Shown here piece by piece: positions 40,087 to 52,925 of a stretch of 64,000 nucleotides of DNA; within the stretch, counting starts at the first letter, position 1; every line of letters begins with the position of its first letter. The notes beneath the pieces are model-generated. The model ran no database searches. It had not been told where the DNA came from and was given only the letters and a program-made list of their open reading frames with translations. The stretch is from contig JBBIQK010000003.1 of the NCBI GenBank assembly GCA_037442365.1, positions 40,526-104,525 on the forward strand, in the 5' to 3' direction. The DNA comes from Armatimonadota bacterium. GTDB lineage: Bacteria > Armatimonadota > Fimbriimonadia > Fimbriimonadales > GBS-DC. Made by a program: the position numbers and the translations under genes.

Positions 40087-41190
40087 ATGCAGAACCACTA
40101 CGAGGTGCTGGGGCTATCGATACACGCGACGCAGGAGGCAGTACGGCGGCGCTATCGCGAGCTGGTGCGCCAGTACCATCCTGATGTGAACCCGTCGCCA
40201 CAGGCGAAGGAGCGATTCCTGCGCATTCAGGAGGCGTATCAGGTGCTGTCGGACCCGGAGCGTCGGCGGCACTACGATGCGCTGCTGCGGCTGCAGCTGG
40301 GCGAGCCGCCGAGCGCACGCTACAGCCAGCCGCGCACGCAACCCTCACGCCCCGCCGCGCCGAGCCAACCGCGCGCCGCTGTCAGCGATGAGCTGCGTCG
40401 CGCGATTTTGCAGGCGGAGCGCGCCTTCCTGCAGGGGCGTATGCAGGACGCGCTCTACTGGGCGAAGCAGGCGACGCGCCTCGCCCCGCGCCATCCCAAA
40501 GGGCACGAGATTATCGGCGATGTGTACCGCACGCAGGGACACTACGACGCCGCGCTGAACGCCTACACCTACGCCATCCAGTTAGACCCCAACAACCCCG
40601 ATTTACAACGCAAGCTGGACGCGACACTGGCGCGCACACAGACGCCGTCCGCATCGCCGCCGTCACCCCTGCTGCGCAACCTGCCCGCGCTGAAGTTGCC
40701 TCCTGAGTGGAAACTCTACGCCGCGCAATCGCTGGGCTGGGGCGCGGTACTGTTCTTGCTGGCGCTGGCTTACACCGTACCCGGCAACCCGCTGATACTG
40801 GGGTGGAGCGTGAACCTGCTGGTGTATCTGGGGCTGGCAGGGTTCCTGACAGGGTTCCTGATGGCGATCAGTCGCTGGGTCGCGCCGATTGGCGATGCGT
40901 TTCCATGGCGTCGGCGTGGGGGACAGATTTCGGCGGGAGGCGCGCTGGTCGGGCTGAGCGCGTTCTGTTTCCCGCTGGCGGTGCTGCTGTATACGCTGCT
41001 CGCGCTCACGCAGGGCGGGCTGAGCCAGTCGGTGGCGCGTGTGTTCGGCGTCGGCGGCGCGCTCACGCTGGGATTCGCGCTGCTCTACCCACACGACATG
41101 CTCTACACTATGCTGTTCGGCGGCAACCTGCTGTTCCTTGCGCTGATGGGCGGTTGGTATCTGGCGGATAACCTGCGCCTGTCGCCTTAA
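40087..41190 (+). CDS. DnaJ-domain, TPR and membrane protein
   Basis: YHPD J-domain, TPR pair, about 6 C-terminal TMs. Confidence 0.88.
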   Translation: MQNHYEVLGLSIHATQEAVRRRYRELVRQYHPDVNPSPQAKERFLRIQEAYQVLSDPERRRHYDALLRLQLGEPPSARYSQPRTQPSRPAAPSQPRAAVSDELRRAILQAERAFLQGRMQDALYWAKQATRLAPRHPKGHEIIGDVYRTQGHYDAALNAYTYAIQLDPNNPDLQRKLDATLARTQTPSASPPSPLLRNLPALKLPPEWKLYAAQSLGWGAVLFLLALAYTVPGNPLILGWSVNLLVYLGLAGFLTGFLMAISRWVAPIGDAFPWRRRGGQISAGGALVGLSAFCFPLAVLLYTLLALTQGGLSQSVARVFGVGGALTLGFALLYPHDMLYTMLFGGNLLFLALMGGWYLADNLRLSP

Positions 41191-41209
41191 CGGGTATCTT
41201 TATATCACT

Positions 41210-42280
41210 ATGCGTGGTGAGAGACGAAGGCGCACTGCCCGCAGGCGCGACCATGACAGTCCGTGGAAGGAGATTATCACGCTCTTCTTCCCGCAGCTGA
41301 TTCAGCTCATCCATCCCCAGTTCTATGCGATGATTGACTGGGAGCGCGGCTACCAGTTTCTGGACTCGGAGCTGCGCAAGATTGCGCCGCGCAGCCGCAC
41401 AGGACGCCAGACGGTGGACAAACTGGTGCAGGTCTTCCTGCGCAACGGCGACGAATACTGGATACTCATCCATATCGAGGCGCAATCCTACCCCGACCCC
41501 AACTTCGAGGCGCGGATGTTCACCTATTACGCGACGCTGTGGATTTACTATCGGCGTCCGATTGTGAGCATCGCGATTCTGGCGGACGACGACCCGAACT
41601 GGAAGCCCAGCAGTTTCCGCCAGTCGCTGGGCGGCTGCCGCGTGGAGTTCGAGTTCTATACTGTGAAGCTACTGGAGATGGATGAACAGCAGCTCCTGAA
41701 CGACCCGAACCCGTGCGCGTTGCTGCTACTGGCGTTCCGTCGCGCCCAAGCGTCTGACGACGCCGAGTTTCTGCTCCAGTCCCGTCTCGAACTCGTCCGC
41801 CTTGCACTGGGTCGAGGGTATACTGAAGAGCAGATCGGACACCTGATTCGCTTGCTGGAGTGGGTTATGGTACTGCCAGATGTGTTCGAAGAGCGCTACG
41901 AGGAGCTGCTGGAAGAGGTGAAGCGCGAGCAGGGCACGCCGTACCTGTCCGTGCTGGAGCGCAAGGCGCTGCGCGAAGGCTGGGAACAGGGCATCCAGAA
42001 AGGCTTGCAGGAAGGGCGCGAGCAGGGCTTGCAGCAGGGCTTGCAGCAGGGCTTGCAACAGGGCTTGCAGCAGGGCTTGCAGCAGGGCTTGCAACAGGGC
42101 TTACAGGACGGCTTGATCCGCCTCCTGCAGACGCTGTACGGCGAGATTCCCGAATCGCTGGAGGTTCAGCTGCGCGCCATTCGGGACGCCGAGACGCTGA
42201 AAGCGCTGTATTCGCTCGCCGTTGCCGCTGGGAGCCTCGAGAATTTCGCGCAGCAGCTGGGGCAACCGCCGCGTGGCTAA
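41210..42280 (+). CDS. Rpn-like PD-(D/E)XK nuclease family protein
   Basis: DSPWKE, VDKLV, HIEAQ, RMF-Y, GLQQ repeats, short C-terminal helical domain. Confidence 0.88.
   Translation: MRGERRRRTARRRDHDSPWKEIITLFFPQLIQLIHPQFYAMIDWERGYQFLDSELRKIAPRSRTGRQTVDKLVQVFLRNGDEYWILIHIEAQSYPDPNFEARMFTYYATLWIYYRRPIVSIAILADDDPNWKPSSFRQSLGGCRVEFEFYTVKLLEMDEQQLLNDPNPCALLLLAFRRAQASDDAEFLLQSRLELVRLALGRGYTEEQIGHLIRLLEWVMVLPDVFEERYEELLEEVKREQGTPYLSVLERKALREGWEQGIQKGLQEGREQGLQQGLQQGLQQGLQQGLQQGLQQGLQDGLIRLLQTLYGEIPESLEVQLRAIRDAETLKALYSLAVAAGSLENFAQQLGQPPRG
42023..42106 (+). repeat. 12-bp tandem repeat x7 (CAGGGCTTGCAR)
   Basis: Encodes (QGLQ)7; G,G,A end pattern occurs twice, giving a 36-bp higher-order unit. 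Confidence 0.95.
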
Positions 42281-42293
42281 TGCCCGCAAAGGC

Positions 42294-42323
42294 TTGCATT
42301 TCGCTTCCGCGCTGGGGTATACT
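42294..42323 (+). promoter_or_regulatory. Sigma70 promoter of tRNA-Glu
   Basis: TTGCAT-N18-TATACT, 10 nt upstream of the tRNA. Confidence 0.7.
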
Positions 42324-42333
42324 TGGAGCGGCT

Positions 42334-42410
42334 GGCCCCATGGTCTAGCGGTCCAGGACGCCTGGTTTTCAGCCAGGAGGACGGGGGTTCGAATCCCCCT
42401 GGGGTCACCA
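42334..42410 (+). tRNA. tRNA-Glu (TTC)
   Basis: GGCCCCA/TGGGGTC acceptor stem, CCTGG-TTTTCAG-CCAGG anticodon arm, GTTCGAATC, encoded CCA. Confidence 0.96.
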
Positions 42411-42415
42411 TTCCT

Positions 42416-43762
42416 CTATTTCGCGCCTTTCACGGTCTCGTCCAGCCACTTGCGAATCGTCTCCAGCGCGTCGGGATTGAAGGTCTCTTCAATCTGGGCG
42501 TATTCGGGAATCAGTCCCGTTTTCGCCTTCTGGAAGAGGTGATTGAGCCCGGACATCCGACGCGCCGTGAACCGCTTGTTGCCCCCCTCGCGCAGGGCGC
42601 GCTCAATCGCAGGCAGGTTCTGTTCAGGGTCTACCTGCAAATCCAGCTCGCCGTTGAGCGCAAGCACGGGACAGCGCACCTTGCGCAGATAGGGCGCAGG
42701 GTCAAGCGTCACGAAGGTGCGGAACCATGGCGAGGCGTAGTTCGCCGCCTGTGCGCGGAGCGCGCTCTTCTGGCTTTCGGGCAGGTTCGCGCCTGTCCCC
42801 AGCGACTGCACCAGCGCCTCGTAGATGGCTTCCTGCGCTTTCGTGTCGTCGCGCTCGCGTTTGAGAACCTCGAACACACGCTGCTGGAGCGCGCGGTTGC
42901 GCTCGATGAGCGAATCTGCAACCCCCGATTTGCGAGCAATCAGTTCCGCTTGACGATACAGAATCTGCTCGCCGGGCACGCCTGTGCCCGCCAGCATAAT
43001 CAGGAAGGCAATCTCGCGCGGGGCTTTCGAAGCGGCGATGGCGCCCACCAGCGCGCCCTCGCTGTGTCCCAACACGCCGATGCGTTTACGGTCAACCTCC
43101 CGCCGCGTTTGCAGGTAGCGCACGCCCGCCAGCAAGTCTTCCGCGAAGTCGAGCGTGGTCGCCGTGCGCAACTCGCCGCCCGATCCGCCCACGCCGCGGT
43201 CATCCATCCGCAGGGTCGCATAGCCCGCGCGGGTCAGGTAGTCCGCCAGCACCAGAAACGGCTTGTGCCCGAAAATCTCCTCGTCGCGGTTCTGTGCGCC
43301 CGACCCCGTGAAAAACACAACCGCGGGGAACGGCGGCTTGCCTTCGGGCAGGGTGAGCGTGCCTGCCAGTTCGAACCGCCCCTTGCGCTGCGGGACACGC
43401 ACCTCTTCCGTGCGGTAGGGGAACGGCGGTTTCGGCTCCTGCGGGCGTCTGGGGGCAGGCGGCTCGCCGCGCGTCAGCACAAGCCGCAGCTCCTGTCCGC
43501 CCTGTTTCCAGACGCCCGTGAGTTGCCTGCCATCCGCCGACAACTCACCCACAAACTCGCCCTGCACCGCGTCCGAGCGCAGGCGGAGCGTGTTGCCCTC
43601 GACGGTAATCTCGCTGATGGGGATGCCCGTTGCGCCCTGATCGGGGCTGTCGATAACGCCCTGCCACTTGCCCGCGGCGTCGCGTTGCAGGCGGAACACG
43701 ATTCGCAGCCGTTGCCCTCCCGCTTCCAGCACGCCCGACCAGACGCCCTCGAAGCCCTGCAT
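42416..43762 (-). CDS. Alpha/beta hydrolase with N-terminal beta domain
   Basis: GSGAQNRD, DDRGVG, GHSEG, DLQV, NHLFQ. Confidence 0.9.
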   Translation of the reverse strand: MQGFEGVWSGVLEAGGQRLRIVFRLQRDAAGKWQGVIDSPDQGATGIPISEITVEGNTLRLRSDAVQGEFVGELSADGRQLTGVWKQGGQELRLVLTRGEPPAPRRPQEPKPPFPYRTEEVRVPQRKGRFELAGTLTLPEGKPPFPAVVFFTGSGAQNRDEEIFGHKPFLVLADYLTRAGYATLRMDDRGVGGSGGELRTATTLDFAEDLLAGVRYLQTRREVDRKRIGVLGHSEGALVGAIAASKAPREIAFLIMLAGTGVPGEQILYRQAELIARKSGVADSLIERNRALQQRVFEVLKRERDDTKAQEAIYEALVQSLGTGANLPESQKSALRAQAANYASPWFRTFVTLDPAPYLRKVRCPVLALNGELDLQVDPEQNLPAIERALREGGNKRFTARRMSGLNHLFQKAKTGLIPEYAQIEETFNPDALETIRKWLDETVKGAK

Positions 43763-43767
43763 GCGTC

Positions 43768-46174
<2,407 letters not shown>

Positions 46175-46177
46175 GGC

Positions 46178-46858
46178 TCACAAAGGCTGGTACTCGAAGC
46201 GGCTGATAATCACCTCTACCTCGCGTCCGTTGGTAGGCGGCTCGCCGCCCAGCAGCCACAGGTTGATGCGCGGGTTTTCGTCGCCGGGCGGCGGCACGAA
46301 GTTGCCCGTATAAGTCCACTCGGCGACGATGGCGCTCGCGCTGGACGGCTGCGGGCGATGCCCCCGCACACTGCGGAAATAGAGACGCCCCGGCTCCCAG
46401 CGGAACCAGTGTACCGACTGGCGGATGTTCGCGGGCCACTGGAAGGTGTGCTGGGGATGTCCCGCATCGTGCGGGCGGATGGTGTAGTAGCCGTTCGGTC
46501 CCGCAGGTCCTTGAAACCGCGCGAACTCGATGTCGATTTCGCGGTAGCCGAAATCGCGCGTGTCGCTCCAGGTGAACAGCCCCAGCACAATCTTCGGGTC
46601 GAGGTTATGCACCTCGCTGTCGAGGTAGAAGCGATAGGTTCCGTAGCCCAGCGAGCGTGTGCAGATGACCTCGGCGCAGTCCCAGCGGCTGCCCGTGCGC
46701 GTGATTTTCATATGCAATCGCCCGCGCGCGTCCAGCCACACATTGCACTCCGCGTCCGAGAAGTAGTTCGGTCCCGGTCCGACGGGCGTCGTGTGCCGCT
46801 TGACGCGCCAGGTGTAGCCGGAGAAGTTGATGGTCCGAGAGTATTGCATCGCGCTCAT
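46178..46858 (-). CDS. GH16-like glycoside hydrolase
   Basis: GYGTY, GLFTW, EIDIE catalytic-type motif; no signal peptide seen. Confidence 0.75.
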   Translation of the reverse strand: MSAMQYSRTINFSGYTWRVKRHTTPVGPGPNYFSDAECNVWLDARGRLHMKITRTGSRWDCAEVICTRSLGYGTYRFYLDSEVHNLDPKIVLGLFTWSDTRDFGYREIDIEFARFQGPAGPNGYYTIRPHDAGHPQHTFQWPANIRQSVHWFRWEPGRLYFRSVRGHRPQPSSASAIVAEWTYTGNFVPPPGDENPRINLWLLGGEPPTNGREVEVIISRFEYQPL

Positions 46859-47682
46859 CGGATATTCGGGTTGTTCTCGTCGGGGTTGTCGCCGCCGAGT
46901 TGCCAGTGCCACGGGATTTTGACGGCGCCGCGCCGCATGGCTTTCACATGTCCATCTGCCCAGACCAGCACGGCGACCTTGCCGCCGTGTCGGTAGCGCA
47001 CCTGGAAGGCGGCGTTCAGATTCGCGCCCAGCCCGTTGAAGTCGCGGTCGATGCGATCCCACTCGGCGTCGGTGCGCGCGGGTTGCCCGCCCCAGCCGTT
47101 AATCAGTCCGGGCGTCCACCAGTAGAGCGCGCCGCAGTTGCCCGACCACTCCTGATTCTGCGTGCCGTCGCCGTACACGATGGTCTCCGCCGGGTGCGTC
47201 AACAACGCCAGCGGCGCAGGCGTGCAGGGGTTCAGGTTGTTGGAACACTGCCAGCGGACATTGTTCGCGCTCAGCACGGTACCGTTGCCGCCGACGCGCT
47301 CGCTCATGCTGTACGCCAGCGCGTTGCGATAGGTCGCCGACGGGCAACTGCGCACCTGCGGCGCGGGACGCTGCCCGTTCGCGCCATCCGCGTAGGTTTC
47401 GAACCTGCCCTCGCCCATGTACGGCGAAATCAGGAAGTGCCAGATAATCTCGCGCCCCAGCGTGCTGAAGGCGTTCAGGTAGCCAATCGGGAAGGTCTCG
47501 TCGTAATCCTGCAGGTACATATTCGTCGCCAGCCCGACCTGTCGCGCGTTGGAGGCGCACTGGGTCTGGCGCGCCTTCTCACGCGCCTGCGCAAATACCG
47601 GGAACAGAATCGCCGCCAGAATCGCGATAATCGCAATCACCACCAGCAGTTCAATCAGTGTAAAACCGTTGCGCTTCATCAT
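46855..47682 (-). CDS. Prepilin-type DUF1559-like protein
   Basis: [10 protein letters not shown]...; [15 protein letters not shown]. Confidence 0.92.
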   Translation of the reverse strand: MMKRNGFTLIELLVVIAIIAILAAILFPVFAQAREKARQTQCASNARQVGLATNMYLQDYDETFPIGYLNAFSTLGREIIWHFLISPYMGEGRFETYADGANGQRPAPQVRSCPSATYRNALAYSMSERVGGNGTVLSANNVRWQCSNNLNPCTPAPLALLTHPAETIVYGDGTQNQEWSGNCGALYWWTPGLINGWGGQPARTDAEWDRIDRDFNGLGANLNAAFQVRYRHGGKVAVLVWADGHVKAMRRGAVKIPWHWQLGGDNPDENNPNIR

Positions 47683-47705
47683 AGAACCCTCCATCGGTTA
47701 TGAGA

Positions 47706-47734
47706 ACGGGGCGCGTTGCGTTGCCGCGCCCCGT
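47706..47734 (-). other. Intercistronic stem-loop
   Basis: ACGGGGCGCG / CGCGCCCCGT, no long U tract. Confidence 0.65.
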
Positions 47735-47740
47735 GTATGA

Positions 47741-48670
47741 TTAGCTGCCCGCGCCGAAGTTGAACAGCACCGCCAGCAGGTCGGCGTCGTCCACCGTGCC
47801 GTCGCCGTTCACATCCTCATCGAGGCAGTCGCCGCTGCTGCCAAATGCAAACAATACTGCCAGCAGGTCGGCGTCGTCCACAATCGCGTTGGCGTCGACA
47901 TCGCCCACAGGCAGCACGGGCAGGTTCGTTTCGAAGTAATCGAACTCGAACGGTTGCGCCAGCCCGCATCCGCAGGCGTTGTCTGTGTAGACGCCAATCC
48001 GCGCGCCCTGCGACAGCATGTTCATGATGTGCTGATAGAAGCCGCTATCGGGGTAGTAGCGCCCGCCGTTGAAGCCATCGTACTCGATCCAGCCGCTGGT
48101 GCTGGAGTTGCGGAACTGCACGACGATATGCGGGTCTTCACCGCCCACGCGGGCGATGCGCACACCCACCCAGCCGCCGTCGGGCGTCCAGGGATTGGTC
48201 ACCCGCTCGCCCCAAGCAAATGTGTCGTCCGTCTCAGAGTTCGTAGACCCATTGATGGTGTCGGTCTGGTCCGTGGCGTTGCGCGTAATCAGCACCTGGA
48301 AGTAGTTTTGTGCGCCTGTGGTAATCAGAATGCCCACCTGCGTGTAGTTGTTGACTGGTACGGTACTCCAGTCGGTGCGGAAGACGGTCTCGATGTACCA
48401 CTCGTTGGGGATGTCGCCGCTGACGCGCAGGGTGGGCACATTTTTGTGCGAGTTGAACGCCTGAAACATCCCGCCGTCGCGCGTGGTGATGGTCATCGAG
48501 CTGCCGCCGAACGAAACGGCGTTATCGAACAGGGTACAGAACGGGTCGTTGTTGGGGAGTTTCCAGCTCCACTGCAGGCTAAAGCCGCCGTTGAACTCAT
48601 CGCGCGTTTGCACATACGCCGTGCTGAGCAGCGTAATCGCCGCCAGTAGGGATACGAGTGTTCGCTTCAT
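47741..48670 (-). CDS. Secreted ConA-like beta-sandwich protein with dockerin-like C-terminus
   Basis: Signal peptide, DEFNG...WSW, WYIET, QVGI, FDYF; DDADLLAVLFxFG twice. Confidence 0.78.
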   Translation of the reverse strand: MKRTLVSLLAAITLLSTAYVQTRDEFNGGFSLQWSWKLPNNDPFCTLFDNAVSFGGSSMTITTRDGGMFQAFNSHKNVPTLRVSGDIPNEWYIETVFRTDWSTVPVNNYTQVGILITTGAQNYFQVLITRNATDQTDTINGSTNSETDDTFAWGERVTNPWTPDGGWVGVRIARVGGEDPHIVVQFRNSSTSGWIEYDGFNGGRYYPDSGFYQHIMNMLSQGARIGVYTDNACGCGLAQPFEFDYFETNLPVLPVGDVDANAIVDDADLLAVLFAFGSSGDCLDEDVNGDGTVDDADLLAVLFNFGAGS

Positions 48671-49767
48671 TGTTTTGAACCTCCTTCGGTTGAGAATGCA
48701 GGCTGGAGAGTCGCTGGGGATGCGAGGGCATACGCAGGCGCCACGCTGTGGCGCACCACCAGCGCGCCGTTGATGAGGATGCGTTGCGGGTGCGTGTCGC
48801 CCGTTTCTATCTGGTGCAGGAGTTGCTGCGCCGCGAGGTAGCCCACCTGATAGCGGTCATGGCGGACGGTCGTGAGGGGGATGCCCATGCGCTCCGCCCA
48901 CGACGAGTCGTCGAAGCCCGTGACGGAGAGGCGCTCGGGCACGGCGATTTCCAGCGTGCGACACTGTTGCAGGAAGCCTATCGCCATGTCGTCGTTTGCA
49001 GCCATCACGACCGTCGGCAGTTCGGACTGGCGCAGGAGTTGTTCCGCCGCACGCGCGCCCGATTCGGGACCGTAGTCGCCCTGCAACACCCACTCCTCGC
49101 GGATGGGGACGCCATAGCGATCGAGGACTCGTCGAAACGCCTGCTCGCGCTGATGCGCGCTCCAGTGCAGCGGGTGCCCCTTGATGTACCCAATCGCGCG
49201 ATGTCCCTGCTGGATGACCCACTCGACCAGCATCGTCATCGCGCTGGTATTGTCGATGTCGATGTGCGACAGGCGGTACTCATCGGGCAGTGTGCTGCCG
49301 ACCGCAACCGCAGGCAGGCTCGAATAGTGGCGCCATTCCAGCAGCGGCGACCCCATCACAGGCGCAATCAGCACCACGCCATCGATGGAGCCGTTGTCAA
49401 TCCGTCGCCAGACCGCGGCGGGGTCGCTCGTGCGCGGGGTAATCAGACGGATGTCGTAGTCGCGCGGCTCCAGAAACGCCAGGATGCCGTCCAGCACATC
49501 GTGGGCGTAGAGGTTATGGGTCAGGCGGGCATGCTGCGGGTCCAGCACGACGCCAATCGTCGCGGTGCGACGACGCGCCAGACTGCGCGCGATAGAGTTC
49601 GGGCGGTAGCCCAGCTCCTGCGCCGCGCGCATCACCTGATGCACCATATCCTCGCGGTACAGATGGCTGCGTCCCTGCAGAATGTTCGAGACGGTGGTAA
49701 TCGAACATCCGGCGCGCTCTGCCACATCGCGTAGCGTCGGTTTGCCTCGCATCGTTTCAGACTCCAT
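48667..49767 (-). CDS. LacI-family transcriptional regulator
   Basis: TLRDVAERAGCSITTVS, YRPN--ARSL, TGFDD. Confidence 0.95.
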   Translation of the reverse strand: MESETMRGKPTLRDVAERAGCSITTVSNILQGRSHLYREDMVHQVMRAAQELGYRPNSIARSLARRRTATIGVVLDPQHARLTHNLYAHDVLDGILAFLEPRDYDIRLITPRTSDPAAVWRRIDNGSIDGVVLIAPVMGSPLLEWRHYSSLPAVAVGSTLPDEYRLSHIDIDNTSAMTMLVEWVIQQGHRAIGYIKGHPLHWSAHQREQAFRRVLDRYGVPIREEWVLQGDYGPESGARAAEQLLRQSELPTVVMAANDDMAIGFLQQCRTLEIAVPERLSVTGFDDSSWAERMGIPLTTVRHDRYQVGYLAAQQLLHQIETGDTHPQRILINGALVVRHSVAPAYALASPATLQPAFSTEGGSKQ

Positions 49768-49776
49768 CGCCTGCTA

Positions 49777-49885
49777 TGGAAACGCTTCTAAAATGCGTCC
49801 CTGCACAAGTTCGAAACTACCCTCTCTGGCTATGGAAGCGTTTCCAAGCATCCCTATTATAGCACACTTTCGGCGCAGATGTCAA
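49777..49885 (-). promoter_or_regulatory. Consensus sigma70 promoter plus two LacI-type operators
   Basis: Minus strand TTGACA-N18-TATAAT with TG extension; TGGAAACGCTTCTA (49777) and TGGAAGCGTTTCCA (49833). Confidence 0.85.
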
Positions 49886-50009
49886 GGGGGCAAACCGAAA
49901 ATGCCCGGAAAATCACCCTTCGGATGCCAGCGGGGGTAAAAACAGCAGAAGCTGTTTCAGATTTTTTATCGTTGATCGGGTATAATTATGTGTGGTTGGG
50001 AGGGCTCTT

Positions 50010-52820
50010 ATGAACTACAAGCTACTGAAACCATTTGCGCTCCGAGGGGTGGGTCTCGTAGCGCCGATTCTTCTGCTGGCATTGCCTCGCCTCTCCTGGG
50101 GGTTCTCGATGGGCTATCACTACGACCTGATACGGGAATCCATGCGACGGGAAGGGTTCTCCAGAGATGCCTACTGCGTGGCGCTGGCAGCGAACTCGTA
50201 CACCGATATCTTTCAGCGAGACGCGCTGGGAGCGGTAAAACTGATTATCGACGATGACTTCTGTGGCGACTCCAGCCGACTGATAGAAGCCCTGCATTTC
50301 GATGCCTTAAAAGACCGTCAGCAAATTGACCGCTACTGGCGTCAGCTGATCCACAATACCCACCGGTCAATTGTGGAAAAGGCAAACGCCGGCGATCGGA
50401 TGGGCATTCTGATGACGGTGGGTATCACCCTGCATATCGTGCAGGATTTCTACGCTCACTCGAACTGGACAGAACTGGACATCCCTCGACGCGCGGGAAT
50501 CAAGGACGCCACCTACTTTGACCTATCCCCTGCTGCTTTAGACCGGGCGATTGGCGGAAGCACGGTATACGGACGGCGTGGGCTATTTACGCACGGGGCA
50601 GGCGGACTCGAACACGGCGCACTGCATAAAGACCATGCAGGGAGACCCTACTTCGATTCCGCCTATCGCTGTGCATACAGGGCATCGCTTCAGTGGTTGC
50701 GTCTTATTCGCAAGTGGATTGTGGACGATTTGCGCCGGGCGGATCTGTGGAACAGTTTGTTGAGTTATCAATACACTGGCAATAGAGGGCATCTGTACAC
50801 GCTGACCAGCTTCGACGAAGGGACGATACGCTGGCTGTGCACCTACGGCGGCGCATGGAAAACGCCCCGACGGTGGAGCGAAACAGATATCATAGCTGAC
50901 GATATGCCGAATGTGCCTGGTATCGGCGTCACGGAGCAGCTATATGGTCTTCCCTTTCTGGGCACCGAGTGGTTTGCCAACTGTGCCGCCATCGCGACTG
51001 GTATGTTTGAAGCCAAATCGGGTGGCGGTTTCCTCTTGGTGGAACGGGTGGATGCGGCGCGCCGTGAGGTACGGCATGCGGATGTGGCATCGATACCCCC
51101 TCTGGACACCCCTGTCATTCAACAGGCGTTCAATTTCCTGCCAGGGTGCTTGCCAGACTATGATTCGGTTCGGTGGCTTCGGGTGCGTATCCCCGAGGCG
51201 ATGGATCTGGATACCGGCGAGGGTGTATTTGATGTCAACAACGAAGAGGTGGGCGGTACCAGCGACTACTGGGTGATGTTCATCGTAAACGGCGAGACAG
51301 AGTATCCCTACACCGAAGCTGAATATGTGGATAGCAGCAATCCCCTGACTGTATGGGGCGTGATGAAACCGCTGTGGGATCGCCGCCCCGTGCGTCTGGA
51401 GGTTCGGATGTTCGAGAGCGACCCCACCGACCACAAAGACGAGGAGATGGACATCCGCCCCGGCGCGGGCAAAGCCCTCACCTTTGAGTTTGACCCCACC
51501 ACAGGCAGTTATGGCGCCCCCTCTGGTTGCCGTGTCTGGACTATCCCGGGCGGGTTCTTCATCCAGAGCGATGGAGAAGGAGACCTCCGCGCCAGAGTCT
51601 ATGTCAAGGTGTGGATGATGGACGACTTCCCGCAGGTGCCGGGCTATCCGCTGCTGTACGCAGACAGGCGATACGATGGATTGTGCTTGCCCGTTCTGAA
51701 TGATCGCGCCAACCTTTCGGTGAACGGGTTCAACGACCGCGCCTCTTCCTTCTGGTTGCCTCCGGTGGGCTGGGCGCTGGATGTGTATGAACACCCGGAC
51801 TATCGTGGCAATCGGCTATCTCTGGCACACTGCCGGGAAAATCTGCACGACGAGGGGTGGGAGGATCGAATCTCTTCAGTGCGCGTAACGCAGCGCCCCT
51901 CAGGTGTGCGCTACGGACCCGTGCTGTGGACGGATAGAAACCATAAAGGCTCCGCCCTGCAACTCTTCACAGAGCTGCCCGATTCGTCTGCCTGCGGCTT
52001 CTATACTGATCTGTCGCGGTTCAACTTCAACGACAAAGCCTCCTCGCTCGAGGTACCAGACGGCTACATCGTGGAGGTGTATGAACATCCCCATCTCGGC
52101 GGGCAATCACGACAGTTCACCAGCAGTGTTCTCGACCTGCATGCGATAGGATGGGAGGACAGGATTTCGTCGGTTCGAGTGATTCCCCCGACGAGCCGTG
52201 CGGTGCGTTCCGAGCGAGATGAGCGCCAGGCGATTCTTCATGCGTTGCGCGAATCGGTCAAGCGTTTTCCCGACGAAGACCCCCTGCGCATGGGGTTCCG
52301 TTATCTGCGAGAGGATGTGCGGTTCCCATCCGATATCGAACTCGCCTTCGCCGTGACGCACCTCGCGTGGAGAGAGGACTGGGCGTGGGTTGAGGTCACC
52401 GCAGAAAACTATGTGGCGGAACTCGCCGCCCTGTTGCACAAAGAAGACAACCGATGGCAGGTGAAAGGGATTGTTAATCCTGCCTATGTGCGTTGCCCAG
52501 ACGAAACCGCGAGCCTCGATGTGCTGGCGTACCTGTATCGTCTCTTTCAGGCGAAGGTGAGCGAGGCGCCGCGCGAAATATTCCCCAGCGTACACCCGGA
52601 ACGCGAGGCGATTCTTCGCGTGCTGCGCAAATCTATCCCTGTGGAGCAGACCGTGCTTCTGGTCAAGGCGTTCAAGGTCGAGGGCAATCGGGCAACGCTG
52701 ACGGTACACCCGCGCAGCGTGGACGGCTTGAATCAGTACGAGCCTATCACGGCAGTGATGCGCAAAGAGGGCAACCAGTGGAAGGTTGAGAAACTAAACA
52801 CCGAAGCGGAGGATGAGTGA
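50010..52820 (+). CDS. Secreted multidomain protein: HET-C / Zn-phospholipase C-like domain, two beta/gamma-crystallin domains, duplicated C-terminal domain
   Basis: HFD, LHIVQDFYAHSNW; FND-ASS...YEHP...WEDRISSVRV twice; ER-AIL--LR twice. Confidence 0.72.
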   Translation: MNYKLLKPFALRGVGLVAPILLLALPRLSWGFSMGYHYDLIRESMRREGFSRDAYCVALAANSYTDIFQRDALGAVKLIIDDDFCGDSSRLIEALHFDALKDRQQIDRYWRQLIHNTHRSIVEKANAGDRMGILMTVGITLHIVQDFYAHSNWTELDIPRRAGIKDATYFDLSPAALDRAIGGSTVYGRRGLFTHGAGGLEHGALHKDHAGRPYFDSAYRCAYRASLQWLRLIRKWIVDDLRRADLWNSLLSYQYTGNRGHLYTLTSFDEGTIRWLCTYGGAWKTPRRWSETDIIADDMPNVPGIGVTEQLYGLPFLGTEWFANCAAIATGMFEAKSGGGFLLVERVDAARREVRHADVASIPPLDTPVIQQAFNFLPGCLPDYDSVRWLRVRIPEAMDLDTGEGVFDVNNEEVGGTSDYWVMFIVNGETEYPYTEAEYVDSSNPLTVWGVMKPLWDRRPVRLEVRMFESDPTDHKDEEMDIRPGAGKALTFEFDPTTGSYGAPSGCRVWTIPGGFFIQSDGEGDLRARVYVKVWMMDDFPQVPGYPLLYADRRYDGLCLPVLNDRANLSVNGFNDRASSFWLPPVGWALDVYEHPDYRGNRLSLAHCRENLHDEGWEDRISSVRVTQRPSGVRYGPVLWTDRNHKGSALQLFTELPDSSACGFYTDLSRFNFNDKASSLEVPDGYIVEVYEHPHLGGQSRQFTSSVLDLHAIGWEDRISSVRVIPPTSRAVRSERDERQAILHALRESVKRFPDEDPLRMGFRYLREDVRFPSDIELAFAVTHLAWREDWAWVEVTAENYVAELAALLHKEDNRWQVKGIVNPAYVRCPDETASLDVLAYLYRLFQAKVSEAPREIFPSVHPEREAILRVLRKSIPVEQTVLLVKAFKVEGNRATLTVHPRSVDGLNQYEPITAVMRKEGNQWKVEKLNTEAEDE

Positions 52821-52925
52821 GTGATGTGCAAGCTGACGGGGCGCCTGCGTGCGTTCACACGGCGCGCTCCGTCTACAGGAATCTCATTCGAACCCGCGAA
52901 TCGAATACGCGGCAGGTGAACACTT

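Noticed and set aside
42023-42106. Tandem repeat as a CRISPR array
   Set aside because: No spacers; in-frame coding repeat typical of Rpn proteins; no cas genes
42334-42410. tRNA-Glu as an integration site
   Set aside because: No integrase and no duplicated tRNA 3' end seen in the window
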